A stretch of DNA of 64,000 nucleotides from sequence record PV730299.1; one strand, given 5' to 3'. Positions 10,060 through 19,520 of this stretch are shown one piece after another; position 1 is the first letter of the stretch, and each line of letters opens with the position of its first letter. Source of the DNA: a phage. The translations under genes were made by a program, and so were the position numbers. A model generated the notes under the pieces. That model was given only the letters and a program-made list of their open reading frames with translations, was not told where the DNA came from and did not search any database.

Positions 10060-11122
10060 GGTCCATTTGCTCCAGCATGTTAGCAGGCATAACAGTACCG
10101 TTAGAAACACCGAACATTTTCTTCACGTCATCGGCGAAGTTGACATTCTCCAGCAGCGGATACCAGAAATCATCACCCATCTGACGCTTCTGATATTTCT
10201 TTTCCTTCTCAGGATCGAAACCACCCTTGGCTGTACGCACATACCAGCCGGAAGACGGCATATCAACATAACCCAGAGCACGAGCGATCTCAAGCAGGCC
10301 GCTCCAGCGATCAATACCACCGTTGTACAGTACCGTCACAGGGAGCTTGGCTTTCTCTTTGACATGGCGACCTTTCATGATGCTTATGTTGAAGTTCCAG
10401 CCCAGCAGATCTTTGTCTTCCTTCACCTGAGAACGGGTGATAAACCAGATCAAGTTGGAGGATAAGAAGCCCTGTTTGCCACCTTTGATGTTAGGCTCGG
10501 CATATTGGTTGCCGATCTCATCGTAATAAGAGTTGATCCAAACACACACGAGATTTTTGCTGTTGATTTCGGGAGTCATGACACGCCAGAAGCTGTTAAG
10601 GGCACGGGCGCGGGTCATGTCCTGAGTGTCGTTCCCTTTGATCGCATCTTCAACTTCCTTGGTGGAGGGAAGTTGGCTGATAGAGTCGATGAAGATTATA
10701 ACATGGTCGCCTTTCTTGACTTCCTGTAGGATCTGCAGCAAGCGGATCTTGGTCTGTTCAACGTTGTCGATCGGTACGTACAGGACGCGGTCCATGTCAA
10801 TGCCCATAGAGGTCCAGTAATCGGCGTTGGCACCCTTTTCTGAGTCCGCAAAGACGCAGATAGCATCAGGGAACTTGTCCATGTACGCCTTGACGTCTAC
10901 CAGACCGAACATCGTTTTGAAGGTACGGGAATCACCCACCATCATCTTGATACCGGAGATCAGACCGCCGTCAATACGCCCAGACCATGCGATATCGATC
11001 AGGGGAATACCAGTAGAACAGATGATAGACGGTTCCAGAGCGTCGGATTTGGACAGCACTGAAGCCTGGTCATCGTGTTTCTTAGCAACCTTCAGCATGC
11101 GGTCCATTAATGAACTGGCCAT
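10037..11122 (-). CDS. uvsX: UvsX RecA-like recombinase
   Basis: 361 aa RecA-fold ATPase with P-loop (GDSRTFKT); RBS AGAGGAAG upstream of ATG. Confidence 0.85.
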   Translation of the reverse strand: MASSLMDRMLKVAKKHDDQASVLSKSDALEPSIICSTGIPLIDIAWSGRIDGGLISGIKMMVGDSRTFKTMFGLVDVKAYMDKFPDAICVFADSEKGANADYWTSMGIDMDRVLYVPIDNVEQTKIRLLQILQEVKKGDHVIIFIDSISQLPSTKEVEDAIKGNDTQDMTRARALNSFWRVMTPEINSKNLVCVWINSYYDEIGNQYAEPNIKGGKQGFLSSNLIWFITRSQVKEDKDLLGWNFNISIMKGRHVKEKAKLPVTVLYNGGIDRWSGLLEIARALGYVDMPSSGWYVRTAKGGFDPEKEKKYQKRQMGDDFWYPLLENVNFADDVKKMFGVSNGTVMPANMLEQMDHVINTSE

Positions 11123-11649
11123 TTCACTTCCTCTTTATTGTTGATCGTCGTTAATAATTCTACACCCATAACCTTCTGGGACAAAATGTTAACCGCCTCT
11201 TGGATGCTCTTCAGGGACATTGTCTCAACAAGCGACGATGCGTCATTATGCCGGTCGGTTAGGTACATATTGCGCAGATTGTTGTAGTTCGTGCGGTTGA
11301 TGCACGCAGTGTTCAGTGCTATATTCAGGATATACATCATCTGTTCAATGGTTACATCCTTTGGCATAGCGTGGATGTAATAGATCGAGCCTTCAAAATA
11401 GACGTCTACCAGTTCATCTGGTATCTTGATGCCACCACCGGCATACTCTTCGATCATCCTGAACAGAGACTCTGGTTGCTCGCTGGCGATTTTATGCGTA
11501 ACAGTCGCCGAAAGACCGTCGCCCGGTTTAACAGGCCTGTTGTATTCAGTAAGGAATACATTATGTCCGCCGCCGATGATGTGCTCGGCGAATTTGGAAG
11601 ATGCCTGAGCAGCGTTCTCCGCATGGTATGAAACGACGACTGTAAACAT
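11107..11649 (-). CDS. hypothetical protein
   Basis: 180-aa ORF overlapping neighbours by a few nt (translational coupling); no motif recognised. Confidence 0.45.
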   Translation of the reverse strand: MFTVVVSYHAENAAQASSKFAEHIIGGGHNVFLTEYNRPVKPGDGLSATVTHKIASEQPESLFRMIEEYAGGGIKIPDELVDVYFEGSIYYIHAMPKDVTIEQMMYILNIALNTACINRTNYNNLRNMYLTDRHNDASSLVETMSLKSIQEAVNILSQKVMGVELLTTINNKEEVKWPVH

Positions 11650-12203
11650 TAGAACTCCAGGGTCAGAGGGGTTTCTGCGGACTTATCGTAATCCGCGCCA
11701 CCAGCAGCACGCAGGCGATTGCGATCGTTCTTGCGTTTGTGTGCCAGTATGTAAGTCTCGATGTCGATCTCCATATAAGAACACGCAGACGACAGGAAGA
11801 ACATGAGAGTCTCAACGCAAGGATCGTTCATGAATTGCCCAAGGCGGTACGTAACATTGCGATGCCCTACAACACCCAAAGCAGATGGGGTGAATTCGCG
11901 ATTACTAAGGACTTCAAATTCTTCTTCGATCTCACCTTTGGTGCGGTCCACAAGGATGAAGCACAACATGAAGTGTACCACGTCCACCAGTTCATAAACT
12001 GCGTTCGTATGGTCAAACCCGATGTCGTTGCCATAGACCTTCCAGTCACGGGTGGTTTCATCAAGGAACTCTGCCCACTCACGATAGATAGAGTTGATGA
12101 CTGCGTTCTGACTCCATACATTCTTCCACTCTTCCCCAAAGTAGGCCACGTTAGTGGCCTTTTGGAGTTCGAGCAGGCTTTTGATATGCCCTGCTGTGAT
12201 CAT
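11649..12203 (-). CDS. all-alpha NTP pyrophosphatase (dimeric dUTPase/dCTPase-like, T4 gp56-like, tentative)
   Basis: 184 aa; acidic/aromatic pattern (EEWKNVWSQN..., VDVVHFMLCF) resembling MazG/dimeric-dUTPase enzymes; sits directly upstream of dNMP kinase and TS-family genes. Confidence 0.45.
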   Translation of the reverse strand: MITAGHIKSLLELQKATNVAYFGEEWKNVWSQNAVINSIYREWAEFLDETTRDWKVYGNDIGFDHTNAVYELVDVVHFMLCFILVDRTKGEIEEEFEVLSNREFTPSALGVVGHRNVTYRLGQFMNDPCVETLMFFLSSACSYMEIDIETYILAHKRKNDRNRLRAAGGADYDKSAETPLTLEF

Positions 12204-12769
12204 TTACGTTCTCCGTAGAATTTAACGAACGGCTCCCAACCATCAAATGGATTGAGGAATTCGTAGTCCACTTTCATTTGGTCAATGAAAGCCTCTATAT
12301 CGTCCTCTATGATACCAGCACGGTCGGCCTTTGAAATACGGGTGATAGGACATTTCGTACTCAGCGCCCATTCATATTCCTGAGGGGTACGCAGATCGCT
12401 CACGATATAATGGACGTGGGGGTTCTGCTCTACCAGAGGAAGCTGGAAGCGCTTGAAGAATGCCAGGAACAGATCGGGTTGTACGTAACGCAAGCCCGTA
12501 TCGCTGCCTAGATGAAGCCAGATCTGCCGTGGAGTTAAGCCCTTGGGGTTATCAGGGTGCACGTAAGGAACGTCCTTCACGGCATCCTCTACCTCCGCTG
12601 GGAGCCATGGGTAGATGTAGTTGGCTACACGGCGCAGTTCATCCGAGAACGAAAGGCGCTGGATGTCCATATCACCCTGTAAGTGGTGATAACTGATCAG
12701 GGACTCCAAACAGAAGTCCTTACCGGAGCGCTTGCGCCCCGTAAAGAATTCAAGATTTGGATACATCAT
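12200..12769 (-). CDS. deoxynucleoside monophosphate kinase (T4 gp1-like)
   Basis: 189 aa; P-loop FTGRKRSGKD matches the T4 gp1 GVKRSGKD signature; ATGA overlap with neighbour. Confidence 0.7.
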   Translation of the reverse strand: MMYPNLEFFTGRKRSGKDFCLESLISYHHLQGDMDIQRLSFSDELRRVANYIYPWLPAEVEDAVKDVPYVHPDNPKGLTPRQIWLHLGSDTGLRYVQPDLFLAFFKRFQLPLVEQNPHVHYIVSDLRTPQEYEWALSTKCPITRISKADRAGIIEDDIEAFIDQMKVDYEFLNPFDGWEPFVKFYGERK

Positions 12770-13812
12770 ACTACACCTTCCAGGAACTTAGGATCAATGA
12801 TCTTGCGGTCAACCGGGGAATGGGTGAGCGCGGTGTTCAAGCCATGATCCTGAATCAGGTCCAGGTTAATGAGCTTTTCGTTCAGTTTGCAGTGCAGACA
12901 GTACGCCATCTGTACAATCAGGCCGCGATCCGCATCGTATTCCTTCAGGTGAGCAACCACAGTTTCCCACGGGCTACCGATATCACAGTGATGAAGCACA
13001 CCAGTGAACAGATTGCGGATATGGTTCTGGTTGGTCACGTTCGTGAAGTGAATCATGGAGTTGATGAACCCAGCTTCTACTTTGGTGTCCTTCGTGATCT
13101 TGCCCAGCTGCTTCTGGCTGACTTCATTGTTGTAGTAATGAAGATTGTTAGAGAATAGCTTGTACTGACCGACATCAACACCCAGCACCCGAGCAATCAC
13201 TTCCTGAAGAATAGAGAACTCAATGAAGTTAATTGAACTCATCCCCCACAGAACATCCTGTGAGCGATTGATGACCGTCAGGTTCAGACGACCTTCAACG
13301 ATGGCGAATAACAGAGCCAGGTTACACACCATGTCCTTGGTCTTCGCTTCGCCGCTCTCGCTGAACTTCGCCAGACCAGCATCCGAATCTAGAGCCGGGT
13401 CATAGATGGTGAGGTACGCCTGGCGAGTGTTTGGGTTCTTACGCAGGCGGTTGATAACGCTATCCAGCTGGTCATGGGCGTACAGACGCGGACCATAAGC
13501 AGCTCGCCATGTTACCCCATCATCCGAAAAGTTAGCAGCGCGAGGCAATACGCGTGACAGGAACTTTATGTCGTTGCGGCCTGACAACACCCAGAAGGTC
13601 TCGCCGATGGCAGCGATAGCCGATGAGTTGCGACCTTCAACGGAGAGCCAGCGGTCACGGATGTCGGCGACGGTTATGGTCACGCCATCAAGGAAGCGGG
13701 TGCTATCAGTATTGATTTCAGCATTACCAGGATCAGATTCGATCCCGAATTCACGGATAGCCAAGACAGCCTGCTTCAGCATGTCATTGTTGTTAATTGC
13801 TTTGATTTCCAT
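12766..13812 (-). CDS. thymidylate synthase-family enzyme (pyrimidine hydroxymethylase/methylase homolog)
   Basis: 348 aa; TS-fold signatures: DMVCNLALLF (aligns to TS LPPCHAL catalytic Cys), RQAYLTIYDP, NRSQDVLWGMSSINFIEFSIL; about 90-aa C-terminal extension; stop/start overlap (TGATG) with kinase gene. Confidence 0.7.
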   Translation of the reverse strand: MEIKAINNNDMLKQAVLAIREFGIESDPGNAEINTDSTRFLDGVTITVADIRDRWLSVEGRNSSAIAAIGETFWVLSGRNDIKFLSRVLPRAANFSDDGVTWRAAYGPRLYAHDQLDSVINRLRKNPNTRQAYLTIYDPALDSDAGLAKFSESGEAKTKDMVCNLALLFAIVEGRLNLTVINRSQDVLWGMSSINFIEFSILQEVIARVLGVDVGQYKLFSNNLHYYNNEVSQKQLGKITKDTKVEAGFINSMIHFTNVTNQNHIRNLFTGVLHHCDIGSPWETVVAHLKEYDADRGLIVQMAYCLHCKLNEKLINLDLIQDHGLNTALTHSPVDRKIIDPKFLEGVV

Positions 13813-14471
13813 CAGATACTCCCAAAATCACGACAGAGGAATGCCATCACAGCCTGGTCTACTGTTAGGCCGTGAGACTTCATCATACCCGCAGCCACCG
13901 TAGGGAACAAGCCTTTATGTCGTTGACGATGGTCATGAACTCTCTCCCACTTCTCGACCACCAGACTTTCATTGAAGTCCACACCACCGTTACGTGATTT
14001 AACGCGGGAGATACACGTTTCAAGGGGAGTGTCCATAAAGAGCACAACCAATTCACGTGGTGGGCGTGTCAGACGGGGGATCCAAGAACTCAATAATGTG
14101 GATGGAATGATACCTTCGAAAATCACATCATATTTCAAGTATTCTGGTTGGTCAGCAATAGACAACGCGAACAACATCTGCTCAGTGTCCTTCAGGGAAT
14201 CAACCCCCTTGGACTTCGACTTGTCATATTTACCGATACAGACCACGTTGAACGAAGGACAGACAGTCAGCATGACCTTGCCGTTATGGGTCACGACATA
14301 CGCCTGAGGATCCCTCTCCGCCAGCTGAGACGGCACAGTGGATTTACCGCTACCATTGGAGCCTTTGACGTAGTAGATTTGCCCTCGTGCTGGGTAGATC
14401 CCCTTTACGACGGGTGGTTTAAAGAATGTGTGGACGGGGCGCTTCATCAGCCCCTTCAGGGAGTAGGACAT
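13812..14471 (-). CDS. P-loop nucleotide/nucleoside kinase
   Basis: 219 aa; Walker A GSNGSGKST and LID-like DTPLETCISRVKSR. Confidence 0.55.
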   Translation of the reverse strand: MSYSLKGLMKRPVHTFFKPPVVKGIYPARGQIYYVKGSNGSGKSTVPSQLAERDPQAYVVTHNGKVMLTVCPSFNVVCIGKYDKSKSKGVDSLKDTEQMLFALSIADQPEYLKYDVIFEGIIPSTLLSSWIPRLTRPPRELVVLFMDTPLETCISRVKSRNGGVDFNESLVVEKWERVHDHRQRHKGLFPTVAAGMMKSHGLTVDQAVMAFLCRDFGSI

Positions 14472-14492
14472 AAACTGCTCCGATAAACAAAA

Positions 14493-14515
14493 GGAGCTGC
14501 TATTATAGCAGCCCC
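14493..14515 (-). terminator. rho-independent terminator
   Basis: About 10-bp stem (GGGGCTGCTAT / ATAGCAGCTCC, one G-U) followed by TTTTGTTTATC; TATAAT within loop; directly upstream of kinase gene RBS. Confidence 0.55.
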
Positions 14516-14546
14516 TTCATCTATTGAACAGTTTCTGAACTTAAAT

Positions 14547-15383
14547 TTACACAGCTTTCGCTTCAGCCAGAGCCTGTGGAAGCCATTCATTGATCGCCTT
14601 AACCAGAGACTCAGCATCAGACTCTTTGATCTTCTGACGTTTGGTGAAGGACTTGCCGTTCACGTACAGACTGAAGCCCCAGCCACCGGAAACGATAGGC
14701 GCAACGTCGACATACGTATTGGTGCGGGCGTGAAGGTTTTCAGGGTTAGCCAGTTCGGTGACCGGGAACTGGAACCAACGCATGTCTGGGTTCACGTAGC
14801 TCAGGAACACGCCGGGGACAACACCAGATTCAATCGCCGCCAAGACCGGACCGTGATTAGAAGCGCGAGCCAAGTCAACCATTTCCTCACGTTTGGTGTG
14901 ACGGCGTTTACGCTCTACCAGCGCTGCCTGCGGGGTCAGGGTCTTACCCTTCGATGCTTCTTTCAGCATAGAAGACGCCAAGGAACCGATTTTCGCGTCG
15001 GACGGCTGATTGCCTTCTTCCAGCGCCGCGTTGACTGCATCTTCAACCGCGTCTACCGGGGCGTCGGACACTGGGGCTTCACATGCATCGGCAGAGATCA
15101 GTGCTTCAACATCAACGGTTTCAGCGACTTTCAGGGATACTTCAGCTTGGGCTTGCTCTTGGGCTTGCGCCAGAGCCTGCTGAGTTTCTTCCTTCTCTTC
15201 GGCGCTCAGACCTTCAATCAGTTCGAAGCCGTTGGCAGCCTGAAGAACACCTTCAACCATACGGCGTAGGGTAACGTTTCCGATGATCAGACCTGCTTCT
15301 TTGATTTCAGCCTGGATAGCCGCAACGTCTTTGCCTTCAATTTCAATTTTGGTTCCAGAATCCACATGAAGAATATATGACAT
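14547..15383 (-). CDS. hypothetical acidic protein
   Basis: 278 aa; central Ala/Glu-rich low-complexity region; Trp/Gly-rich C-terminal domain; sigma70-like promoter candidate upstream. Confidence 0.45.
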   Translation of the reverse strand: MSYILHVDSGTKIEIEGKDVAAIQAEIKEAGLIIGNVTLRRMVEGVLQAANGFELIEGLSAEEKEETQQALAQAQEQAQAEVSLKVAETVDVEALISADACEAPVSDAPVDAVEDAVNAALEEGNQPSDAKIGSLASSMLKEASKGKTLTPQAALVERKRRHTKREEMVDLARASNHGPVLAAIESGVVPGVFLSYVNPDMRWFQFPVTELANPENLHARTNTYVDVAPIVSGGWGFSLYVNGKSFTKRQKIKESDAESLVKAINEWLPQALAEAKAV

Positions 15384-15451
15384 AATAAAAACCCTTTCGT
15401 TATTAAGACCGTATCCGCGGCATATTGTTGTTCTGACTGTGTAGTGAGAAC

Positions 15452-15480
15452 ATAATATACTGCATTTTCATAGATGTAAA
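15452..15480 (-). promoter_or_regulatory. sigma70-like promoter candidate (TTTACA-17 nt-TATTAT)
   Basis: Read on minus strand in AT-rich intergenic region upstream of gene 14547..15383. Confidence 0.35.
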
Positions 15481-15572
15481 CTACTTTTTATTGAAAAGAA
15501 AGTTAACACCTTAGTGTTATAAGGTGCGCGACCAAGCGGAGCGCGAACTTGCGTGAATATTAACTTTCTACG

Positions 15573-15848
15573 TCAATATAGAAAAACCATTTCCGGCGGC
15601 CAACAATTTGTTAGCTCGACTTTTGCGAACCGTGGTTGGCAGTACGCATCAACCGACTCATCAAACAGACAGTGTTCTACATTTGCAATCATCAGATCAT
15701 CATCCACCACTTCAACAGAATGGACAATGATCTTGTGGTCATACGTCAGGCAACCGTCTAAATGCATGTTGTCGGCGCGGAGGTGTTGCATGATGAAATA
15801 CTCTATGATCGACTCAAGGACAGTCGTCAGCTTCAGATAACGTTTCAT
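15573..15848 (-). CDS. hypothetical protein
   Basis: Start at MKRY... with GAGAGGTG RBS. Confidence 0.4.
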   Translation of the reverse strand: MKRYLKLTTVLESIIEYFIMQHLRADNMHLDGCLTYDHKIIVHSVEVVDDDLMIANVEHCLFDESVDAYCQPRFAKVELTNCWPPEMVFLY

Positions 15849-15868
15849 ACACACCTCTCACAGTGGAG

Positions 15869-16618
15869 TTATTTGGACAAGTAGAAGTTTGGAACTTCAG
15901 GGAAATACTCTGGTGGATATTCCCCTAGAACATCCTGTTTCACCTTCCCTTCGATATCTTCGCGGATACGACGAATCACTTCTTCCTGTTGTTCTGCTGC
16001 CATCACTTCTTCCATGGCTGAGTACAAGTTTTCTAGAATGACACCTACGTAGTTGTGGATGGCACGACAGGAGTTCTGATCATACTCCATATCCGGATGA
16101 ATCGCCAGGTCGACCTGATCACGCCCTACCAGCAGATGCCCAGACACCAGATTTATCGGGTATTTGAATACTTCACTAGATTTGACAGCAACTCCGTCGG
16201 CTTGCTTCAGCAGGAATTCGGTTTCAGAGAAGCGTTCAAGCAGTTCCGATGGGAATACCATATCGAGATTCTGACGCTTGCGACCAAAGAAGTACAGACA
16301 ATGCGCCAGTTTCAGGCATGCATCGGTGGCCATCTTCATGTGTGCTTTAGCGTGTTCATAACCAGCGATCACATCACGGACATAATCGTACAGGTCGGAA
16401 TGACCAAAACGGATGTCCTCTTCGAAGCGGATTGCTGTTTCACTGTCCGGTTTCACACCCAGAACATCGAAAATATTTTGTTCACGAACTGATCTTCCGT
16501 TTCGATCGAAACCCAGAACGCAACCGACTTCGAATCCACTCTTTTCAAAATTTGGGAGTTTCATATCAAGGCGAGCTGGGGTAAACTCTAACCCGAACAT
16601 ACGATAAATTTGTGACAT
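15869..16618 (-). CDS. hypothetical protein
   Basis: 249-aa ORF; no motif recognised. Confidence 0.45.
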   Translation of the reverse strand: MSQIYRMFGLEFTPARLDMKLPNFEKSGFEVGCVLGFDRNGRSVREQNIFDVLGVKPDSETAIRFEEDIRFGHSDLYDYVRDVIAGYEHAKAHMKMATDACLKLAHCLYFFGRKRQNLDMVFPSELLERFSETEFLLKQADGVAVKSSEVFKYPINLVSGHLLVGRDQVDLAIHPDMEYDQNSCRAIHNYVGVILENLYSAMEEVMAAEQQEEVIRRIREDIEGKVKQDVLGEYPPEYFPEVPNFYLSK

Positions 16619-16680
16619 GTTATAGCCTCATCATTTAGGATTACCTGTTCACGAATTATCCCTCGGAACGGGTTATAGAA

Positions 16681-17385
16681 CTATTTCTTCTTATGCATAC
16701 GACGTGCATCTTTCCACACAGACATCTGGCTCTGTTTCTGGAAGCGGGCAGTGCGCATGAAGAGAACGATCTCCCAGTACTGTGGCTCAATCTCGTAAAG
16801 CTGTGAACGGAACTGATCGGCGCGGTACAGCTTCACACAGTGATTGTACAGCGGATGGTTGGCGAAGCGCTTCAGGGCTTCCCAGGTGAGCTTCAGACGC
16901 GTCTTTGAGCGGTATGCCCGTTCGTTACGCAACTTGATCAGATCCTCAAACACCAACAGCCTGAGCTTCGGTGGCAGGTAGTGCATGTTGAGCCCCCAGA
17001 GGTATGTCACACCCTTCTCTCCAAAGGTGATACCATCACCCTTGACAAAGTTGAAGAAGAACACCAGAGGGTACATATCCCAGTAGGGTAGTTCATTCTT
17101 CGTCAGAGCATCATATTTGAAATAGAACATACGCCCGACTATATACCGCACACCTTGTACCGGACGTTTGTGATCAGCAAACGCCTGTTTCATATGGTTG
17201 GGGCTCAGGTTGGCGTCCTTAGACACACGCTCCATGAACCACACATGCGAACGGCGGATGTTACGCTTCGCCTCTGGACCGAAGTGTTGACGGTACTTGC
17301 GGATGTAACGCTTGACCAGCTCGGGGGCGTCCATCTCGGCCGGAAACAGCAACGGATCTTCTTCGCCAGCTGCATTCTTTGCCAT
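16681..17385 (-). CDS. hypothetical protein
   Basis: 234-aa ORF, basic C-terminus; GGAG RBS. Confidence 0.45.
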   Translation of the reverse strand: MAKNAAGEEDPLLFPAEMDAPELVKRYIRKYRQHFGPEAKRNIRRSHVWFMERVSKDANLSPNHMKQAFADHKRPVQGVRYIVGRMFYFKYDALTKNELPYWDMYPLVFFFNFVKGDGITFGEKGVTYLWGLNMHYLPPKLRLLVFEDLIKLRNERAYRSKTRLKLTWEALKRFANHPLYNHCVKLYRADQFRSQLYEIEPQYWEIVLFMRTARFQKQSQMSVWKDARRMHKKK

Positions 17386-17396
17386 TTGTCAACTCC

Positions 17397-17404
17397 TATA
17401 AATA
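17397..17404 (+). promoter_or_regulatory. T4-type late promoter-like box TATAAATA
   Basis: Exact TATAAATA 34 nt upstream of GTG start of gp54-like gene. Confidence 0.45.
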
Positions 17405-17438
17405 ATAACAGTTATTTTATTTAAGTGGAGTCCTCACC

Positions 17439-18383
17439 GTGGAAGACTATCGCAATTTTATCACACAGATATTACAGCGGGGCTTGTCGCGCAAGAACCG
17501 CTTCAGAGTGACCATCCCTCTACCACCAGGGATCTTTGACTCCAATGCCACTCTGGCTAATGACGGAAAGGCGTACAGAACCAATTCATCTTTTGGTGAC
17601 TTGTTTAAGCAGTCAGCCCGTATTGTAAACGCTTTCTTTGGAGGGACAAACCAGACGTCCCGTTCCCTTCAGATGATGTGTATGGTTGCCTCATTGCCAG
17701 GGGTTGGTATCGACACCACTCCAATGACAAACAACGGTAATCACATCAAGATGCCGAACAACAAGTCCAACGTCGACCTCGACTTGTCATTCTTATTAGC
17801 CAATGACTATTATGAGAAGTCTGTGATGGACAAGTGGAAGAGTCTGATCTTTGATCCACACACCACCAAAATGGGATATTACGAAGACTTCGTGACTGAC
17901 ATATGCATTGAACAGCTTGACACCGAAGATCAAGTGGTCCACCGCGTCTACATCGTCGAGGCTCACCCAATAAATTTCAGTTCTATTGAGCTGGATAAAG
18001 GCGCCACAGACCAGTTCAACCAATACAACATTTCTTTCTCTTACAATAAAGTGCTTTCGGAGACAGAATATGAAACACGCAGCCTTTCCAGCGATTTTCT
18101 TCCTCTCGGCATTGCTGACGCTCTTACCAGTGGTGACTGGGAAACTGCGGCCTCAAAAGCTGGACAGCTTTATCGCAAGGTGAAAGAAGGGAACTTCACA
18201 GGAGAGGCTCTCCTGGCTTACAAACAGCTTGACCAACTTGTAAACAACCTGGCTGGGATAAGCATACAGGACTTCGAGCGCATCTCGGTAGGTATCTCTC
18301 GTGACATCATGGGTAACGATAACCTGACGGCGGCGGAGAAGACAAGCCTGTTGGGAATATTACAAGACGTGATGGGGAAATAA
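17439..18383 (+). CDS. tail tube-family protein (gp19/gp54-like, baseplate tube initiator candidate)
   Basis: 314 aa; N-terminal RKNRFRVTI and CMVASLPGVGIDT...WKS pattern matching T4 gp19/gp48/gp54 tube fold; GTG start with GGAG RBS; TATAAATA box 34 nt upstream. Confidence 0.6.
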   Translation: MEDYRNFITQILQRGLSRKNRFRVTIPLPPGIFDSNATLANDGKAYRTNSSFGDLFKQSARIVNAFFGGTNQTSRSLQMMCMVASLPGVGIDTTPMTNNGNHIKMPNNKSNVDLDLSFLLANDYYEKSVMDKWKSLIFDPHTTKMGYYEDFVTDICIEQLDTEDQVVHRVYIVEAHPINFSSIELDKGATDQFNQYNISFSYNKVLSETEYETRSLSSDFLPLGIADALTSGDWETAASKAGQLYRKVKEGNFTGEALLAYKQLDQLVNNLAGISIQDFERISVGISRDIMGNDNLTAAEKTSLLGILQDVMGK

Positions 18384-18386
18384 AAA

Positions 18387-18404
18387 AGCCATCCGAAGAT
18401 GGCT
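18387..18404. terminator. bidirectional rho-independent terminator between convergent genes
   Basis: Hairpin AGCCATC-cgaa-GATGGCT flanked by AAAAA on one side and TGTTGA on the other. Confidence 0.6.
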
Positions 18405-18410
18405 TGTTGA

Positions 18411-19421
18411 TCAGTTAGACTTGAGATACCGCTCGAATTCGTCAATGGAAGCCGTGTTTCTGGCATTCGGTTGAGCCTGAGCCTGCGACGGCGCGGCCTG
18501 TTGCTGTTTCAGGCTGTCTTGAGCAGTTGGCTGATGTGTAGTCTGGGTGCTAGGAGCATGAGCCATCGTGGCTGCACCACCTTCAACCAGAGGCTGGTCA
18601 TCAGGGATTGCCAAAACTTTGCGCAGGCGCTTTTCCAGGGAGTCGTAGTCTTTGAAGTTAGCCGGATTGAAGAATTCAAACAGGCTGTGCTCGCGAGACC
18701 AGACGTCTTCCATATACGCTTCGTCATCACTCAGCGGGGCAGGGTTCTCCCACACCACCTTACTGAAGTTTGCCACCAGACCTTCCCAGTTCCCAAACTT
18801 CTTCTGCTCGCCAAAGAGCTTCAGGTTCAGGTTGGCACCTTCCCACAGATCGAACGGATCGAATTTAGGGTCGGTTGGGAACTTAGGATTCTGCGCCTGA
18901 TCCAGGATTTTCTTGATGGCGTTACCAAATTCCAGCAGGAAGACCTTGCCGTTGTTTTCCGGTACGTTGACATCTTTGATCACCAGGATGTTAGCGTAGT
19001 ATTTGGTGTCGGGTAGACGTTTCTTCAGGATGTCCTTCAGCTTTTCGTCGTTCGTTTCTTTCTGCTGCGCCCACAGCGGACGGTCATGGTCGCGCACCGG
19101 ATCGTCGTTGCCGAACGTCTGAGGTGAGTTCTCAATGTACCAACCACCAGGTCCCTGGAACTGATGCTTCATGATCATGGCACAAGGGGTGAGGATCTGA
19201 TCTTTATCGATCGTTCCTTCTTCCTGTGCCTTGAGGTCTACCAGCGGGACTGGCAGGAAGCGGATGATGTTCTCGGAGATACCATCTTTGTTCCAAGTCC
19301 ATTTCCAGATGCGAGGATCCTTCTGGAAACCGGACTTCTGGCCTTGCTGTGCAAGACGCGCCTGCATTGCTTCAGTTTGCTGACCACGGGACGCTTTCAG
19401 ACGATCGAATAAATTACCCAT
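18411..19421 (-). CDS. ssDNA-binding protein (T4 gp32-like)
   Basis: 336 aa; shares T4 gp32 blocks IRFLP, YANILV, PENNGKVF, WEGANL; acidic C-terminal tail. Confidence 0.8.
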   Translation of the reverse strand: MGNLFDRLKASRGQQTEAMQARLAQQGQKSGFQKDPRIWKWTWNKDGISENIIRFLPVPLVDLKAQEEGTIDKDQILTPCAMIMKHQFQGPGGWYIENSPQTFGNDDPVRDHDRPLWAQQKETNDEKLKDILKKRLPDTKYYANILVIKDVNVPENNGKVFLLEFGNAIKKILDQAQNPKFPTDPKFDPFDLWEGANLNLKLFGEQKKFGNWEGLVANFSKVVWENPAPLSDDEAYMEDVWSREHSLFEFFNPANFKDYDSLEKRLRKVLAIPDDQPLVEGGAATMAHAPSTQTTHQPTAQDSLKQQQAAPSQAQAQPNARNTASIDEFERYLKSN

Positions 19422-19488
19422 TTCTTAATTTCCTCTGTTTCCGCCCCTCAGGGCTATTCTGTTACATGTATTTTCAGTTTGCTACAAA

Positions 19489-19507
19489 GCGGGGTAATTA
19501 TACCCCG
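19489..19507 (-). terminator. hairpin terminator candidate
   Basis: GCGGGGTA-atta-TACCCCG(C) downstream of gene 19521..19760; weak U tract. Confidence 0.4.
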
Positions 19508-19520
19508 ATCTTACATTGAA

